Part shown: positions 63,544 through 64,000 of the stretch, one piece after another | How positions within the stretch are numbered: position 1 is the first letter of the stretch | Layout of the letters: each line of letters begins with the position of its first letter | Source of the DNA: Amphiscolops sp. MND2022 | Taxonomy: Eukaryota | Direction of reading: 5' to 3' | Assembly (NCBI GenBank): GCA_964187785.1 | Contig: OZ076409.1 | Location: forward strand, 39,558,001-39,622,000 | Length of the DNA stretch: 64,000 nt | Notes under the pieces: model-generated | What the model saw: only the letters and a program-made list of their open reading frames with translations | Database searches by the model: none | What the model was told of the DNA's origin: nothing | Program-made: the position numbers and the translations under genes

Positions 63544-64000
63544 TGTGAGAGAGGCTAAGCTATACTCTCGAAACTGACCTCATTCAAATAAGAAAAGTGT
63601 CTAGTTGTTGACAAACATAAATGACAAACACGGTACAGCATCTAGACTTAGGACTTAGTAGAAGTCATCGTCAACAGTAACAGATAGATTGCTTGTTTCT
63701 TATTTTTGTCTCATACAGAATTGAAAAATGTGGTAATTTGTGAATCCAATGGTTTCACATTTCGTTTTCTAATTTGCAATTTTTTTTATTTAAAATTTCA
63801 AGAAGGAAAAGAAACTAGAAACTCTGTTGAATGACAACCTTGAAAACAAATAGAATAATGGTGAATAAAAACAGTCAACATATATCAAAGAGTTCATCCT
63901 CTTTAGGGATAGTTCTAATGCCTTTTAGTGAAGCCATAATCGGTAGTGCATGAGGTCGAAATTTGTTTTCGCAAAACTTTGGAGTTTGCGAATTCTCCCT

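Overview
AT-rich, repeat-dense eukaryotic (metazoan-like, spliceosomal GT-AG introns) genomic DNA. It holds the 3' end of one ordinary host gene, a receptor-type guanylyl cyclase (exons 3985-4084 and 4694-5593). After that comes about 37 kb of transposon debris: hAT-like and other MITEs, many copies of a Helentron/DINE-1-like non-autonomous element, two decayed Ty3/Gypsy copies sharing a long 3' extension, and a decayed BEL/Pao element. The most notable part is ~43.5-60.9 kb, which appears to be a large multi-gene DNA element. I can assemble four genes there, with splice sites and phases checked by hand: (1) a ~1200-aa RAG1/Transib-like DDE transposase with a 13-aa minisatellite and a C-terminal BRCT-like domain split by a 1-nt frameshift; (2) a 626-aa four-exon protein joining a degenerate tyrosine-recombinase-like segment to an intact SETD8-type SET domain; (3) a divergently transcribed two-exon protein with Tudor-like domains; (4) a stand-alone RING finger. 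A private ~199-bp repeat and perfect 18-23-bp-arm palindromes are scattered through its introns and intergenic spaces. Family assignments come from motif recognition by eye; no database searches were run, and the element's true termini could not be established.
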